From Octopus sinensis (lineage: Eukaryota): a stretch of 64,000 bases of DNA. Of this stretch, positions 30,542-45,635 are shown piece after piece (position 1 is the stretch's first letter; every line of letters starts with the position of its first letter). The stretch lies in contig NC_043008.1 in NCBI RefSeq assembly GCF_006345805.1, forward strand, positions 19,654,001-19,718,000, in the 5' to 3' direction. Position numbers and translations under genes: made by a program. The notes under the pieces are model-generated. The model had not been told where the DNA came from and did not search any database. It saw only the letters and a list, made by a program, of their open reading frames with translations.

Positions 30542-30695
30542 GAAGCACAGACATCGAAACATTGTTAGCGTTTTAGGATTGTGTCTCGAAACCCGTCTTC
30601 CTTGTCTTATGGTCGAATTTGTGGAAGGTGTTGCTCTAAGGGATTACATGAAACATAACTACAATTGTATGACATGGCCTCTTCGAGCACGAATC
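30542..30695 (+). CDS. Protein kinase exon 2 in window (subdomains IV-V, hinge)
   Basis: Acceptor ttttgttccag, donor gtaagt at 30696. First G completes AGG (Arg), then KHRHRNIVSVLGLCLETRLPCLMVEFVEGVALRDYMKHNYNCMTWPLRARI. Ends phase 0. Confidence 0.93.
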
Positions 30696-31521
30696 GTAAG
30701 TATTTAAAACAGAATTTGAGATGCGGCACATTGCTAATTGATATATCTAGCTTTATGTAAATGATGTCTAATGACAAAAGACGCAGAGCTGAATTGGTAT
30801 GTTTACTTTATCGACTCATAGTACTATGTATTGATTGACACCATGAAATTCGAATTCACAACATAGACTACTGCAAATAAAACGTGCAAGATATCTAGTC
30901 AGTTTTCTAAAGATTCTCCCACCTAGAAATAATACCTCTACAAATAATAATTATCATTACCGTACATCTGGCTTTATGCGGAGTTCATACGGGAACACCG
31001 AACGTTAAAACTAACTGCTAGAAATAGCAACACCTTTGCCCTGAAATATTTGAAAAAAGGAAGAGGATGTGTTCAAAGAATCACTTTGAACATAGATCTT
31101 AGAGATAAGGATTGGTCTGGTGCTAAACAAAAACAACAAAGAAGAGTATAAGGAAACCGTTTCGAAGATAATTATCTATTGTAAATATATTAGCTTTGTA
31201 GAAGATAAGATGCTTTGCTTATCCTATTTCATTGCGATAAAATCATAATTTTCTTTCTTCACCGCGTAATTGTTTAACTGGTGTTAAACGACTTGTAGTC
31301 TAACACACAGTTTTACATTTTTCGTCAACTTTGAGGTCAATATTACAAATAAAAGGTGTGACACCTTTGAAGCAATCCATCAGTACATTTTTTTTTTCAA
31401 ATAAAATACCTTGTGATTTTCTTGATAATATAGTTATAAGCTTGAAGTATTAATTATATATTGTTTAGAATAAGATGTGAGCATTTATTAAACATACGTT
31501 CATAGACATACGCACACGTAT

Positions 31522-31574
<53 letters not shown>

Positions 31575-31670
31575 ATACGTGTGTGTGTATATTTATATAT
31601 ATGTAAATACGTGTTTATATATATGTATACATGTATATATATATGTGTGTGTATATATACATATATCTTT

Positions 31671-31757
<87 letters not shown>

Positions 31758-32064
31758 GTGTGTGGAGAGAGAGAGAGAGAGAGAGAGAAGGAGAGCGAGT
31801 GTGTGTGTGTGTGTGTGTGTGTTTGAACTGAATATACACATCTTCTATATTCAGAATAACAAGGCAGTCAGAATGTTGGATAATTATCTAGATTTTCTAT
31901 TTATTTACATTAGTGCTTACTTCCGCTATCGGATTTATGAAAAACATTTTCATAAATCTCATTACGGAAGAAAGCGCTAAAAGTGTAGATAAAAATATAT
32001 ATAATCATCTAACTATCTGACTTCCTTATTTTTCTCAATATATGTAAATGTATATATATGTATA

Positions 32065-32125
<61 letters not shown>

Positions 32126-32467
32126 TGTGTGTGTATGTACATATATATGTATATAAATACTTCTTTATATATATATGTATATATAAACATATATTAGATA
32201 TGTCTTAAAACTGTATATATGTATATATATATATATTGGGAACACATTTCTATGAAAGGAATTTAGGGAACGTGAGAGACAGCTCTTGAAAAGTTAATGG
32301 TGCTAATGACACGCGTGTACTAATTATATATGTATTGAAAATCTTTCAATAAATAAATAAGATGAAAAAAATCAAAACAGGAGCAACACCATAGGTACGT
32401 ATTGTAGAAGAATATTTACACAGGCCAAAGATGCTATCATATATGACATATATACATATATATATAT

Positions 32468-32511
<44 letters not shown>

Positions 32512-32512
<1 letters not shown>

Positions 32513-32830
32513 AGGGCGCGTGGCTTAGTGGTTAGGGTATTCGGCTCATGATCGTAAGGTTGTGAGTTCGATTCCCGGCGACGCGTTGTGTCCTTGAGCA
32601 AGACACTTTATTTCACGTTGCTCCAGTCCACTCAGCTGGCAAAAATGAGTTGTACTTGTATTTTAAAGGGTCAGCCTTGTCACTCTCTGTGTCACGCTGA
32701 TTATCCCCGAGAACTACGTTAAGGGTACACGTGTCTGTGGAATGCTCAGCCATTTGCACGTTAATTTCACGAGCAAGCTGTTCCGTTGATCGTATCAGCT
32801 GGGACCCTCGTCGTCGTAACCGGCGGAGTC
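32512..32830 (+). mobile_element. tRNA-derived SINE, head H2 + tail T1
   Basis: Head gagggcgcgtggcttagtggttaggg..gagttcgattcc..tgtgtccttgagcaagacac..ctccagtccactcagctg joined to the T1 tail ccttgtcactctctgtgtcacgctg..cgtcgtcgtaacc. Confidence 0.88.
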
Positions 32831-33051
32831 TTTTTTTATATATATATATATATATTATTATACATACATACATACATACATGTATATATATATATATACA
32901 TATACGTACATATATATATACATACATTTATATATATATGCATATATATATATAGATATGTATATACATATAAATATATATATACATATATAAAGACATA
33001 TATGTATTCATGTATATATATATATATACACATATATATACTTATATATAC

Positions 33052-33088
<37 letters not shown>

Positions 33089-33481
33089 CATACACACACT
33101 CACACACACACACATATATATATATGTGACCCTGTTTACGCATTCCTGGTGACTGCTGTTGCGCTGTTGCCACCATATGCAGTTGCATTCAGAGTAAGAG
33201 ACAGTGAAAGAGTTCGCTAAGAAATAGACGAGAGGGTGAAATTCACTTTAGGCGATGAGAACCCCTGAGTGATTCTTCCTTTTATTTTCGCTTTATTATT
33301 ATGCGAGTGAGTGGTCATATGAAAGAACATTTCTATATAACTTGCTTTTAGCTTAGAATGTTCGTTTTACTGTAACTAGATAGAGATAACGATATTTCGC
33401 CCCTGTTTTCGAGCCTGTTGATGCACCGCAAATTGGGATCCTGAAACTACATGCCCTATATTGCTTTTCTTGTATTTTCAG

Positions 33482-33592
33482 TGTCTCCAGGCATCAGAGG
33501 GCCTGCATTTTTTGCATTCCCGTAAACCAGCAATATTACATAGGGACATCAGATGTGCTAATATATTCATCAGCGATCATGACATCGTTAAG
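33482..33592 (+). CDS. Protein kinase exon 3 in window (catalytic loop HRD)
   Basis: Acceptor gtattttcag, donor gtaaaa at 33593. CLQASEGLHFLHSRKPAILHRDIRCANIFISDHDIVK, phase 0 on both sides. Confidence 0.95.
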
Positions 33593-33716
33593 GTAAAAGC
33601 GTTTTATATATGTCATTGCTCCAGTTATGGAGTCTTAATTTATGCTTCTACGCCTTTTCTTACCGCGTGTATACATGTCTATCAGATTCTGTCTTTTCCA
33701 TCCGTCTCTCTCTCAC

Positions 33717-33751
<35 letters not shown>

Positions 33752-33752
33752 C

Positions 33753-33787
<35 letters not shown>

Positions 33788-33809
33788 CCCTCTCTCTCTG
33801 AATATAGGC

Positions 33810-33855
<46 letters not shown>

Positions 33856-33897
33856 TATATATATACATATATATATACATATATACGTATACATATA

Positions 33898-35046
33898 CAT
33901 AGGTTGGACAAAATAATGGAAATACCTAGCATCATAACTTTGAAATATCTATAAAACCATCTAAACCTTGTTTATTTCTATGTATTTTTTATTTATTATT
34001 AGTGTTGCTTAATATGTTTTGCTAAAATTGCTGTTTCTTTTCAGTGTCATCTGGAAAAAGTAATTAAAATTCATTAAAATGACAGATCTATCGGACATTC
34101 AAAGAGGTCAAACTCTCAGTACTCATTTAGCAGGCGCTAGCCTAACGAAAACAGCCAAAATAGTCGGTGTATCATGAAGTACTGTCTCGAAAGTAACGAC
34201 AGCTTTTGAGAAAGAGGGCAAAACATCCTCGTCGAAACAAAACTCCGGAAGAAAACCAATCTTGCGTGAATTGTTATAAAGGATCACAAAAGTACAGTTC
34301 CCAAAATTATTGCAGAGTTTAATGACCACCTCGAGAACTTAGTTCCCACAAAAACTGTTCGCTGGGAGTTGCACAAAGCCGGATTTCAGAATTGGTCCCT
34401 AAAGCAGTGGAAGAATGTTATTTTCTCGGACGAGTCATCCTTTACTTTACTTACGACCACCGGCCGAGTATACGCGTGGAGACAGCCAAAAGAAGCAATT
34501 GACCCAGACTGCCATCTTCCAACTGTTGAACATGGAGGAGATTCTGTGATGAACTGGTCGGGGTCTGTATCAGGGTAATCTGCTGGCTCAATTGTTTCAA
34601 TCCATGGCAGAATTAATAGTGAAGACTAATTAAGCATTTTATCTGATCATATTCATACTATGGTTGCAGAACTGTTTCCGAAGGGAAGCGCAATGTTTCA
34701 GGATGATAATGCACGAATTTACACAGCTACACTTGTTACTGAATGGCACGAGGAACATTCTAGTGAAGATGAACATATTATCTGGCGAACACAGGATCCA
34801 GATCTCAATACTATTGAACGTTTGTGGTGCATTTTAGAAAAAACCATGTAGAGTCGATATCGTCCGCCAACCTTACTGGATACTGTTTTAACTGAAGAGA
34901 GAAAAATTCCTTTGGAAACAATTCAAACTTTGTACGAGCCCATAGCACGTAGAAGTGAAGCTGCTATTACTGCCAAAGGCGGTCCTACCGCTTAAAAAAA
35001 AATACGTGAAACTTTAAGGTGTTTCCATTATTTTGTCCAACCCATG
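33898..35046 (+). mobile_element. Decayed Tc1/mariner DNA transposon with DD36E spacing (Incomer-like)
   Basis: 30-bp TIRs (cataggttggacaaaataatggaaatacct / aggtgtttccattattttgtccaacccatg) with 2 mismatches and TA on both sides. Transposase remnants MTDLSDIQRGQ..., VIFSDESSF, QDDNA...PDLNTIERLW with stops and frameshifts. Confidence 0.92.
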
Positions 35047-35052
35047 TATATA

Positions 35053-35151
<99 letters not shown>

Positions 35152-35240
35152 GTCTGTGCTTCTGTTAATTATTTGCGTTCAAGATATGTGCGCGTATATA
35201 TATATATGACACACATAAATAGATACAGACATGCATATAA

Positions 35241-35320
<80 letters not shown>

Positions 35321-36012
35321 TGTGTGTGTGTGTTTATATACATGTCTGTATCTATTTATGTGTGTCTTCATGTGTGTGAAGGATATATGATATGTGTATG
35401 ACTATCTGTTGATAGATTGCTATATAAATAGCATTTTATCTCTTTCTCCATTTAAAAACGTCCTACCATCACTATAAACCACACACCTATTCTCTGTACA
35501 TAAGTAACTATAAATACCATTCCTATCGGAATCTATTAATCACCTCATTCACGAATCAATACATAGTTTACCCTTCGTTCATCGACAAACCTTTTTATTA
35601 TGTAACTTCCATATATGTGGTTTATCTTCAGCACTGTTTTCCCACTCGCTCTTTATTGATATCTATATAAACATACACACACGCGCGCGCAATATATACT
35701 GTATGTGTAATATATAGCTCTATATAGTTACATGTATAAGCACATGTATAAATACTTCTACGTATACGCATACCTACCTCTGTATGTATATATGTATATA
35801 TGTATGTATGTATGTATGTGTGTCTCTATCAATTTATATATATGTGTGTATATATATATATTCATACATATATATACACACACACGCATGTATATATATA
35901 TATGTAATATATATATATATATATTATATATAATATAATATATATATATATATATTAATATATATGAATATATATATATAATACGTATATATATATATAT
36001 ATTAATATATAT

Positions 36013-36077
<65 letters not shown>

Positions 36078-37180
36078 CATATATATATATATATTCATAT
36101 ATGTGTGTTTGTTCTATATATATGTTTATTCCTCTCTGTTTTTATATATGTGTCTATGTATATCTTCGCGTTTATGGACATGGCAAATGCGATTAGTCTA
36201 ATGTCTGCGAATATGGACGTGCATTTGCCCCATCTCACACAACTTCACGGTTATGTGCGCCTTGTGAATTGACATACATTGTCTTAATTGAATATGTGAG
36301 ATCTGGTGTAACCTAATGTAATGCCTGTATTGGAGATGCTTGCCAATCATTCACTCTATTCGATCACGGCTCGTATGATTGTGATTGATAATCCATCATT
36401 GTTTATTAGAAACGTTGACCGACCTTAGACAAGAATTATTGTGGAAATGGTTTCGATTTAATAAGATCTTGACAGCCTAAATATAAGTATATAAATAGAT
36501 TTTTAGATAAGCAAAATTTTCGTCCATAACACAACTCAAATATCTATTCTGCTGTCTCTATTGTTTTGTCTGAATTGTGTTATGGTGGATTCTATAAACT
36601 CCGTTGCCAACAATGAGTCATCTTATCAAACTATAATTTGATACCTATTCTGCTGATGACAGCGCGTAGTCACAATATCAAGTCACTAGACTGTCGGACT
36701 GTCAATGCAATGATGAATCTGTCAATAGTTACAAACTTATATTTTGCCTGGGACTGTGAAGGTACTGCTAATGTAATGCTTAGCAAAGGTGGTGAGCTAG
36801 CAAAATCGTTAGCAATTTGGGCAAAATGCTTTGTGGTATTTCGTCCCCCTTTACCTTGCTTTCCATCATTTCGAAGTCCATAAAATAATTACCACTTTAG
36901 AACTGGAGTCGATTACCCAAGAATTCAAGGGTCTGTGCCGAAATTTGAAACCAATATAATGCTTAGTAAACAAATGTATCTTTAAACATAGTATTCAAAT
37001 CCCATTTGAGCAGGTGAAAGTAAAATTATCTGACTAAAGGTTTGGGTGATCTGCAACCATCCAACCTCGGACTTTGTCCTTTTTCGCGTCACTTGGAGCA
37101 AGTGGTTCCTACTACAACCGCGGTCCAATTAATTCTTTGTGAATGAATTTGATGTCAGAAACTGCATGGAAGCATCTCTG

Positions 37181-37224
<44 letters not shown>

Positions 37225-40200
37225 GTGTGTGTGTGTGTATTTATGTCTGTGTGTCTTCCCACCATCCATGATAGTTTGTGTGCACCCATATCTTATCTGT
37301 TCGGGTAAAGAGAACGTCAAAATGAGTACCGGACTTCGGAGAACGCCCTGGGGTCGATTTGTTTGACTAAGATCCATCAAGAAGGTGTGCCCTATCACGG
37401 CCCCAGTCCCGTGACTGAAACGAAGTGTTTTAGTGAAACGGTACACCCCTTCCCACATGGTAAAGTGGTATGAATTGCCACTATAAAGCCAGATAGTCAG
37501 TCGTTGTAGGGGTTGAATTCAGTCAGCAGTCGTAGAGTAGATGTACGAGTTTCTTAGTTGGAGTTTGCGTCAGCTACGTGATATACATGAGTTCGAGGTA
37601 ACGTCAAGTTAGAAGATCCAAAAGCCATTGTCTTGTGGAGCTATCACTGATAGCACGATTGACAAGTCAAAGACAATAAGACGTGGAATACCGCCACAAC
37701 ATAATGGTGGCGACAAACATGTTACAGTGCCGACGACAATATGCATTTGGATGAGGATCCACATAACACTATACAAGTGGACGAAGATCAACAATATAAT
37801 ATAAAGGATAATAGATTTGCACAGAATTTCTTGAAATCCTGAATTACTAGTATGTACCAAATGGTTATATCAACGGGAATTTGTTTGAGTTTAGTATAAT
37901 TTAACGTACAATAATTTAAATATAATTCGGAAACAATGAATCTGAGTAACGAGGAACATTTTGATGTCGTTTATAGTATTTTGGAAAGCCAAGCGCAAAA
38001 CATTTTAGCAAAAGAAGGAATGCTATAGTTCCAAATTTAGGCACAATGCAATCATATTTATGGGTCAGGGATAGTCAATTATTTTTGCCCCATTACTTGG
38101 TAGGTGCTTTATTTTATCGACTCCGAAACGATGAATGGTAAGTTCAGCGTCGGAAGGATTTTAACTCAGAACGTAAAAAGGCAGAAAAAATTCACAAAAC
38201 GTTTTCCAACACTCTTGCAGTTCTGCTAGCTCATCGTGTTGTTGAAGGAAATGGTATTAATTTAAATTTCTTTTCGTTTAATCAAGAGGATAAGACATAC
38301 CGAAGATATTTTGCATGGCTCCTGAAAGTGGTGGGAAGTAAGGAAAGGTATCATGCTCGCAAGCATGTGGACCGGGTGAAGGCAGAAAATGCCCTAGGTT
38401 GATGTTTAAAGGGGTGCCATCCATGTTGAACTGTGAACCTCAAAACCCAGAAAAAATTATCGAAAGAAATTCGATCTAACGATCTTATATTTTTGAATCT
38501 AAAAAATAAAAAAAAAAAACGTAGGACCAATTGACAGGTGTTTATTTATACTGAGAAATGAAAAGCAAAGTTGGTCTTGGCGGGATTTGAATGCCGAACG
38601 TTGGGATGTGAAAGAAATACGGCAAGGCTATCTATGCGACCTACTAACAACTCTGCTTATTCGCAGTTGGTACAGTGAGTGAATTTGAGCAAGCAGAGAT
38701 TTCTTCACCGACGTTACAGTATTCAGAGTAACGGTATGATTCAAATAGGGAACGATTTAACGGCATATTAAAACTCCTTATGTGTACTGGCAACGTTTCT
38801 TTTTTTGAAGAGTGAAGATTTCCTGTGATGAGTTTGAAATTTCAAACTATGGCTTATATTTTATGAATCGCAATGACTTAGCTTCAACTGGAAATCAACG
38901 TTGCATTACAATACTGTTACTTGAGATGCTCTCAAATGTATTTCTCACTTCAAATGACTACACTATAGAATATTTATATGTAGATACTATCACTTAGAGA
39001 GCGGTGTATGCTGAGGCTAAGTTAGAAAAAGAAAACTGAATGTTTACGAAACTTCACAGAAAACAAATAGCTAATCAGCTAAAAGATTAGGATGAAAGGA
39101 TTATTTCAAACATGTTGGGAAGTCAAGAAAAAGATCTAGATAAAGTGAATTAATTTGCAGGAGAAATAAACATGAAATGGGTATGAAAACTTAGGCTACA
39201 TGGATAGATTAAGTGAACTAATATTTGGTAGATATGTAAGATCAAACAAATAGATATGTAGTAAATAAAGATGGCGTGCCTTGTAAACAAAATCAACAAT
39301 GTGACCATAGAGTGTAAGCAATGATAACGTCGGAAAAGTTTATATATTTTTAAACAAAGGGACTCGGAAGTTTTTCAGGTGTAAAATTCAGCGTCAAAAG
39401 ATGCCAGTCAGTGGGAAATGTTTGCTTTCATTTGTTTTAATATTTGCATTCTGTAGCTGCAATTCTGTAAATATGTATGTAAGGAAATAAAAAAATAAAC
39501 TATGTTGTTAAGATAATACAGAAGTTGTTAGCGATAGTAATTGATGAAATAGGACATATCTCTGTATTAATAATAAAGCTTTCTCTATTCAACATTGTGA
39601 ATATACTTCATGGGCAACTTAAAGACTGGAGTCTCATTCGGTTATTTATTTTAACATCAGTATAAATTATGGATATATGTTCATCTGTATGAACGTGCGG
39701 CTCTAACAGCTTTCCGTATTTAATTTAACATATATTGATACACAACCAAATTACGTCAAAACACACGTTAACAACTTATAATGGGAAAAGTATGTTCCTG
39801 GAAAAACATCGAATTGGCTCAATTATTACGTAGGTCTTAAATTTTGCACAATGCCAACAATTTCGGTGTAAGGTGTAAGTCGATGATTAAATCAACCCCA
39901 GTACTCAACTGGTAATTGTTTCATTGACCCTAAACGGATGAAAGGCAAACATTGACCTCGGCAGTATTAGAGCTCACAAAGTAGAGACGGACGAAATGCA
40001 ACGAAGCATTTTTCCCGGCGTGCTAATGATTCTACCACCTCGCCACCTTAGCTCAATTATTATATTACTATTCAAGTTAGATAAGAAGAATCTTTCTACA
40101 TTTTAAGAGAAAATTCTCTAAAGATGCGTCTAGAATTCTGAACATAGAAAAAATAAGTAATCTCATATTTACATAAAAAGCTTAAGCATCTAAACAAGAG

Positions 40201-41415
40201 CTGGCTCCACACGTACAGGTCAGCAGAATGCAAAAGGGATTTGTAAATACTCGGAAATAGCTTCCAACAACGCAATCCATCGATACATTTTTGTATATTT
40301 TAAATTCATTATTCAGTGTCCCCTGGAAATCGAGTAACTCCTTCCTTGAATGTATATACTAAATGCAAATGAGCAATCCATAGAGTTCATGCAAACAGAA
40401 CAGACAGGTTATGAGGGAGAAAAATAAATTCACGCTGCGGTATAATATTAAGTGATATCGCATTTCTGGATGATAGGAAATCCCATGATGCTTAATATTA
40501 TCACCGATATGATCAAATTGATCGTATCAATAATTCCCAGCGAACGATCGAGATTCCATGCTAAATGTATGCGATGTGTATTCAGTTATTGGAAGTATGT
40601 TCCAGTTTGCCTCTTGAATGACGCTTTCGTTTTGTTATTGATTCGCTGACATTAAAGCCGACATTATATGATGATAGAAATAACCTTTAAATAAATTTCT
40701 CTTAAAATGTAGCATATTTCTTCATAGTTAAACTGAATATTAATAGAATAATTGGGCTAATTAAACGTCTTGCTAGCAACATAGATTTCTCATAAGATGT
40801 TAGCGTGTGTTTCGATGTAGTGTGGTTATGTGTCAGCATGTCTTGAATCAAATATGGAAACGTAATAGAGTCGGACTTTCATACGAAAGAATATTCATAA
40901 TTTATACAGATGTTAAAAGAAATAACTGAATAAGACCCAGATTTCGCGGTGTCAACGGTCCATGTATTACATACACAATTTTTGATATAGGAAGAGAGTT
41001 AGTTCGAGCACACTTCTCTAATTAACATATATTTGTGAAAATTTGAAATGCAATAAATCAAACAACAAAAATAGATGTAATAAACGCATACTGATATTAT
41101 CTCTCGGAGAATTCCTGTAAAAGTAGTAACATTAAAAGTTATCAACTTTCATAAGAAGGAATAAATGTGAAAGTGAGATCTTGTAATACAGAAAATGTTC
41201 TTATACGAATGCTATTATAACAATGATGCTCTTAAAACAGAGGTTGTTAATGTTACAGCAAATACGTCAACATTTTTTTTTTATTTTACTAGGGTAATAC
41301 ACCATATATATCGCAAGATGTACTTTAATTTCGCCCCAATCATTATCGAAATTTACTATTTTTAATGTTATTTCATTCATATTTAATTCGCAAAAAAATG
41401 TTAGGAATGTGAATA

Positions 41416-41637
41416 CAGAAATCCCTCGACTATCGCGGGTGTTACGTTCCCAAACCTCCCACGATACCTGAAAATCTGCGAAGTAGTAACAGTATCGTAC
41501 TATATATATTTTTAAATATTTTAATAACTTGTATATATTTACTTTATTATAAATTCAAAACAACACCACGGAGGAATCGACATAAGCTTAAATAATAAAC
41601 CGTGATGGGTGAACCGCAATATGGCGAGGAATTGCTG
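41416..41637. mobile_element. Tigger/pogo-type MITE
   Basis: Imperfect TIRs cagaaatccctcgactatcgcgg / ccgcaatatggcgaggaattgctg with TA on both sides. Confidence 0.75.
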
Positions 41638-42785
41638 TATTAAAAAAAAATTAAGTTTTCGTTGGCATATTGTAATATATACGGCTTCTCTCATGAATGC
41701 CAGCTAAAAATCTCTTTCAATAAAATAAATGTTACCATAGGACGTCCCTTTCTCTGTTGACGATCGGGTACATATTTTCAAAATCACGAATCCAATCTAG
41801 TACCTATATTTGTATATATGTATAGTATAGATTACGTAGTTTCTAGTATATTAAGTTGTTTGTTTAACAGGAAATATGTTTCAAACAGATCTATCGCAAG
41901 ATAATAAGCACCATCTTGGCATCAACAGTCTTTTATCGATGTATATTAATGTGTGTTTGTCATACAAAATACCGAAATGAGGAAAATATCTTCGCAAATA
42001 TATAACCATGAAAACGCATAAAATTTCCTATAAATACGCATTAATACAATTTCTAAATATTTGCTTACGCGCCAACAGTCATGTATAATTCATAATGTTA
42101 GTCTGCATCTAGAAAAATGTAATATCATATCTACGTCGATCATAGAGTTCACATTCATATTCAACTGTTGGACAAATTTTTCAGGCATTTTCCTTATCGC
42201 TTCCAAATATCCTAATCATTCAATAAATATAACGACAGGGATGATTGTAGAAGCATGGGTCATGTCACAGCATAAACAGCTGCCAGCCATTGAACTGTCT
42301 CTAACATCAGTTGATATCTCCTTGTTCGGCCTTTGGAGGAGTCTCTTATACGCATCCATGGTTGGCCTTTCTGTAATTCTCCTGTCACTAATCTTAATAA
42401 ATTCAACATCTGGAGCGTAACCGATTTAAAATTAACCGTCCAGAAAAATGGAAAACTGATACCGTTAATTTCTAAATTATGTAAAAATGATACGTTTTCT
42501 TCTTCTTCTTCTTCTTCTTCTTCTTCTTCTTCTTCTTCTTCTTCTTCTTCTTCTTCTTCTTCTTCTTTGATTAAAACTCACAGCTTACTTTGCTGGGTAT
42601 GATGGAAAGTGTCAGCTGTTCACAGCCTGTAAACGAAGGTGACACTTGTTTACTGGTCATGCTTCAAGAACCCTGCGAAGAATTCTTGTGGTTCCAAGCA
42701 ATGCTGATTTTTGTAGGTGTTCTACCTTCACACCTGCACCAATTTTCTTTAGTGTAGAGTGATGATACTTCCAAGTGCACCAATT

Positions 42786-43170
42786 GGAAGCACTCCGTCG
42801 GTTACGACGATGAGGGTTCCGGTTGATCCGAATCAACGGAACAGTCTGCTCGTGAAATTAACGTGTAAGTGGCTGAGCACTCCACAGACACGTGCACCCT
42901 TAACGTAGTTCTCGGGGATATTCAGCGTGACACAGACAGGGACAAGGCCGGCCCCTTGAAATACAGGTACAACAGAAACAGGAAGTAAGAGTGAGAAAAA
43001 GTTGTGGTGAAAGAGTACAGCAGGGATCACCACCATCCCCTGCCGGAGCGTCGTGAAGCTTTTAGGTGTTTTCGCTCAATAAACACTCACAACGCCCGGT
43101 CTGGGAATCGAAACCGCGATCCTATGACCGCAAGTCCGCTGCCCTAACCACTGGGCCATTGCGCCTCCAC
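42786..43170 (-). mobile_element. tRNA-derived SINE, head H1 + tail T1, full length with 12-bp TSD (possibly the octopus OR2 family, unverified)
   Basis: A-box tggcccagtgg and B-box ggtttcgattccc on the minus strand. TSD agtgcaccaatt at 42774-42785 and 43171-43182; removing SINE plus one TSD restores LINE codons AIVIGALGSII. Confidence 0.92.
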
Positions 43171-45387
43171 AGTGCACCAATTACTATTGCTATCACGTCT
43201 ACTCTCTTCATTGACCACAACCTTTGTATTTCGCACTTTGAATCGTCATAGTTGTTTATTTTTTCTGCTTCGTTCTCATTGATCCTGTTGTCAGTGGGAA
43301 GTGGTGTGTCTATTACCATACATGTTCTTCCTATTTTATTCATCACAACAATGTCAGGTTTCCGATGGTGATCGCACTCGATATATGCATCCCACAGGAT
43401 TTTGCAATTCTCATTCTCGGTGACTCCTGGGGTTTGCCCATACCACGTTATTACTCTTGGTAGGCTCTGATTTCTACAGAATTCCCGATGGGTCATTCTT
43501 GCCACATTGTCATGGCGTCTCTTTATTTGCGTTGTGCTAATTTCGAGCACTCGCTAACGATGTGCAATATCGTTTCCCCCCCCCCCTCTCACCACATATT
43601 CTTCATATTTCGCTGTCGGTAGTGTTGTCTATTCTGCACTTAACATAGCTGGTCCTTAGCACTTGTTCTTGAGATGCGCATATGAGTCCTTCTGTCTCTA
43701 TCTTCAGGTCACTCCTCCTCATCCATAGCCACCGACCCTCTGTATCTCTCTTGGCGTTCACATCCCTTGCGAACTAACCGTATATTTTTTTCTGTCCATG
43801 CTTTTTCTTTTTGGTGTTCATTTTTTGTATAAATTTTTCTTTCATTACACAATATTCAGTTTTGATGACGCCTGTCTTCTTTGAATGTTTCAACAATGGC
43901 GCCGCGACATTTTTTATATACCATGCTAAGCCGTTTTCCTCTGCTTCGATACAGCCCTGGCAACTGATCAAAGCTCCCACCCTTTCTTCTAGACAAGTAC
44001 AGCCTCTGGGTGTCATTCTTCATTTCTCTTCATTTCTCTCTTTTGCTATTTTATAATTCCCCTCCATACCGAGATGATGATATCGTCCACGTATTAAATG
44101 CTTGGATTTTATTCCACGCAGTCAATACTGAGTGCAATACCAACCTTAGTCTTCGAAAATACGCCACCCTCAGTTGCTCTTTCATTTCAATTTCTATTAT
44201 CTCGTTGAACGCTACTACGACAAGGTATTTGTATTTTTCCGATTCAATTTGCTTAATCTAGTCTCTATTCAGTACCTTGCCTACTTTTAGGTAGATTATT
44301 CCGCACTGCTTGAGTCCAAATTCCATTCCAATATCAGTACTAAAACAGTGTATGTGTTCACCAATGATCTCACTTGTGTGTCATCCTTACCATATAGTTT
44401 CAAATATCCATGAAGATGAGGTGGTTCATTGTTCGAGATTTTCCCCTTTAGATGCTACACCAGTTTCATTTCCCTAAGTACCAAAGGCAGGGGCATCCTG
44501 CTGAAAACAACGAGGAGAAGCTATCACCCTGAAAAATCCCTCTTCTGATATCCAGGGTGCCCAAGCTTTTTCCGTAAGATGTCAGTTCAATTTTCCACCC
44601 CACCATACTTCTCGTCAGGAAACAAGTTTCATTCCTCGCAATTCCAAACTAATCTAAGCACTCAATGATCAACGAATATGGAATCGTATAAGCTCTGCGA
44701 TAGTCAATCCAGGCCATTCGAAATGTATTCTCCTTTGTTCACAGTCTTGCATTACCATTTTGTTCATCAATAATTGGTTCTGAGGTGCCTCTGCATCTCC
44801 TTCTACAACCTTTTGGTTCCGTCGGTTATATATCGTTTTCACCAAGAAATTTGTACAGTTCTTCTGCAATTCCTCCTGACAGTACCTTCCACATTAATGG
44901 GAGGCAAGAAATTGGACCGTAATTGTCACAGTCATTTCCCTTTGATACATGTCATATACAACACTGATCGTATTTTTGTCATCCACTCGGGATTTCTTCT
45001 TCCATTGATCAATGCATTAATTTGATCGATCAATTTATCGCAACTACTGAACTTTCATTATCCAAAATCCCAGTGCACCATCAGGTCCTGCTGCTTTCTA
45101 ATTGCTTATCTCTTTATTCATATATCTGATACTATCTTTTGAGAAATGATCAGCCTCTTGCTGGGGATAAGAAGCTGTTTCCTTCAGTCTGTAGAGCCAT
45201 TCAGCTGTAGTATTATGCTGTTCTTGCTTACTGTATATCCTACCTCATAAAAGTCGACTTTCATCAGCATCAGAGACTAATCTTTCACGTTGTTTATCAT
45301 CATTAATCGCTCGATAAAATCTTTTTTGTTCGTTTCTAAACAATATGTTTCGCCGGTATTGCTTAATCTGTTGTCCAAACCTAGTTA

Positions 45388-45604
45388 CTCTTTCTCTTTA
45401 CTCTTTTACTTGTTTCAATCATTTGACTGCGGCCATGCTGGAGCACCGCCTTTAGACGAGCAACTCGACCCCGGGACTTATTCTTTTTGTAAGCCCAGTA
45501 CTTATTCTATCGGTCTCTTTTTGCCGAACCGCTAGGTGACGGGGAGGTAAACACACCAGCATCGGTTGTCAAGCAATGCTAGGGGAACAAACACAGACAC
45601 ACAA

Positions 45605-45635
<31 letters not shown>

